Shown here: one piece after another, positions 63,841 to 64,000 of the stretch
Layout: every line of letters starts with the position of its first letter
How positions within the stretch are numbered: position 1 is the stretch's first letter
From: Ramazzottius varieornatus
Taxonomy: Eukaryota > Animalia > Tardigrada
DNA length: 64,000 nt
Assembly: GCA_001949185.1 (NCBI GenBank)
Contig: BDGG01000001.1
Coordinates: 921,153-985,152, forward strand
Direction of reading: 5' to 3'
Made by a program: the position numbers and the translations under genes
The notes under the pieces: generated by a model
What the model was told of the DNA's origin: nothing
Database searches by the model: none
The model's input: only the letters and a program-made list of their open reading frames with translations

Positions 63841-64000
63841 AGCATTTTCGATCCGTCGCACTAAAGAATGCGGCGCATTCAACTGTGCGTAAGTCCTTGC
63901 TTTTCCCTTGGAGTTAAGGTCCAACAAGACCGAAAGTTCGGATCGGCCAATCTCCAGCTGGCTTTCAGTCTAAAAACCTATATTTTCCGATGGCTCCAGA

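Overview
Gene-dense eukaryotic (ecdysozoan) DNA with many short GT-AG introns, probably from a tardigrade. That is an inference from an AMNP-like secreted C2-fold gene, an ETH-like peptide gene and the compact gene structure. Genes spliced by eye, in order: two decaying F-box-like paralogues, WDR82, METTL23, YIPF5, a Kekkon(5)-like LRR-Ig receptor, YIPF6 (largely missed by the ORF track), XMAP215/msps/CKAP5, an ApoD-like lipocalin, an importin-alpha-like pseudogene, an ETH-like PRXamide precursor, a mucin-cadherin-like protein, CIBAR/FAM92, sphingomyelin synthase, centrin, an AMNP-like protein, JMJD6 and cytoplasmic AspRS. Main points of interest: (1) the XMAP215 gene has only three TOG domains (TOG1-TOG2-TOG5), the same count as nematode ZYG-9; (2) a modular fold-back repeat built on AAGTGGCGCAC-N25-GTGCGCCACTT occurs at about 10 loci, nearly all intronic; (3) the AMNP-like gene has altered putative metal ligands and a duplicated signal segment; (4) intron-containing YIPF5 fragments are copied next to YIPF6. 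There are also a Tc1/mariner-type MITE, a non-autonomous Helitron and one 50-N gap flanked by an inverted repeat. No rRNA, tRNA or CRISPR array was recognised. All homology calls come from recalled family motifs, not database searches.
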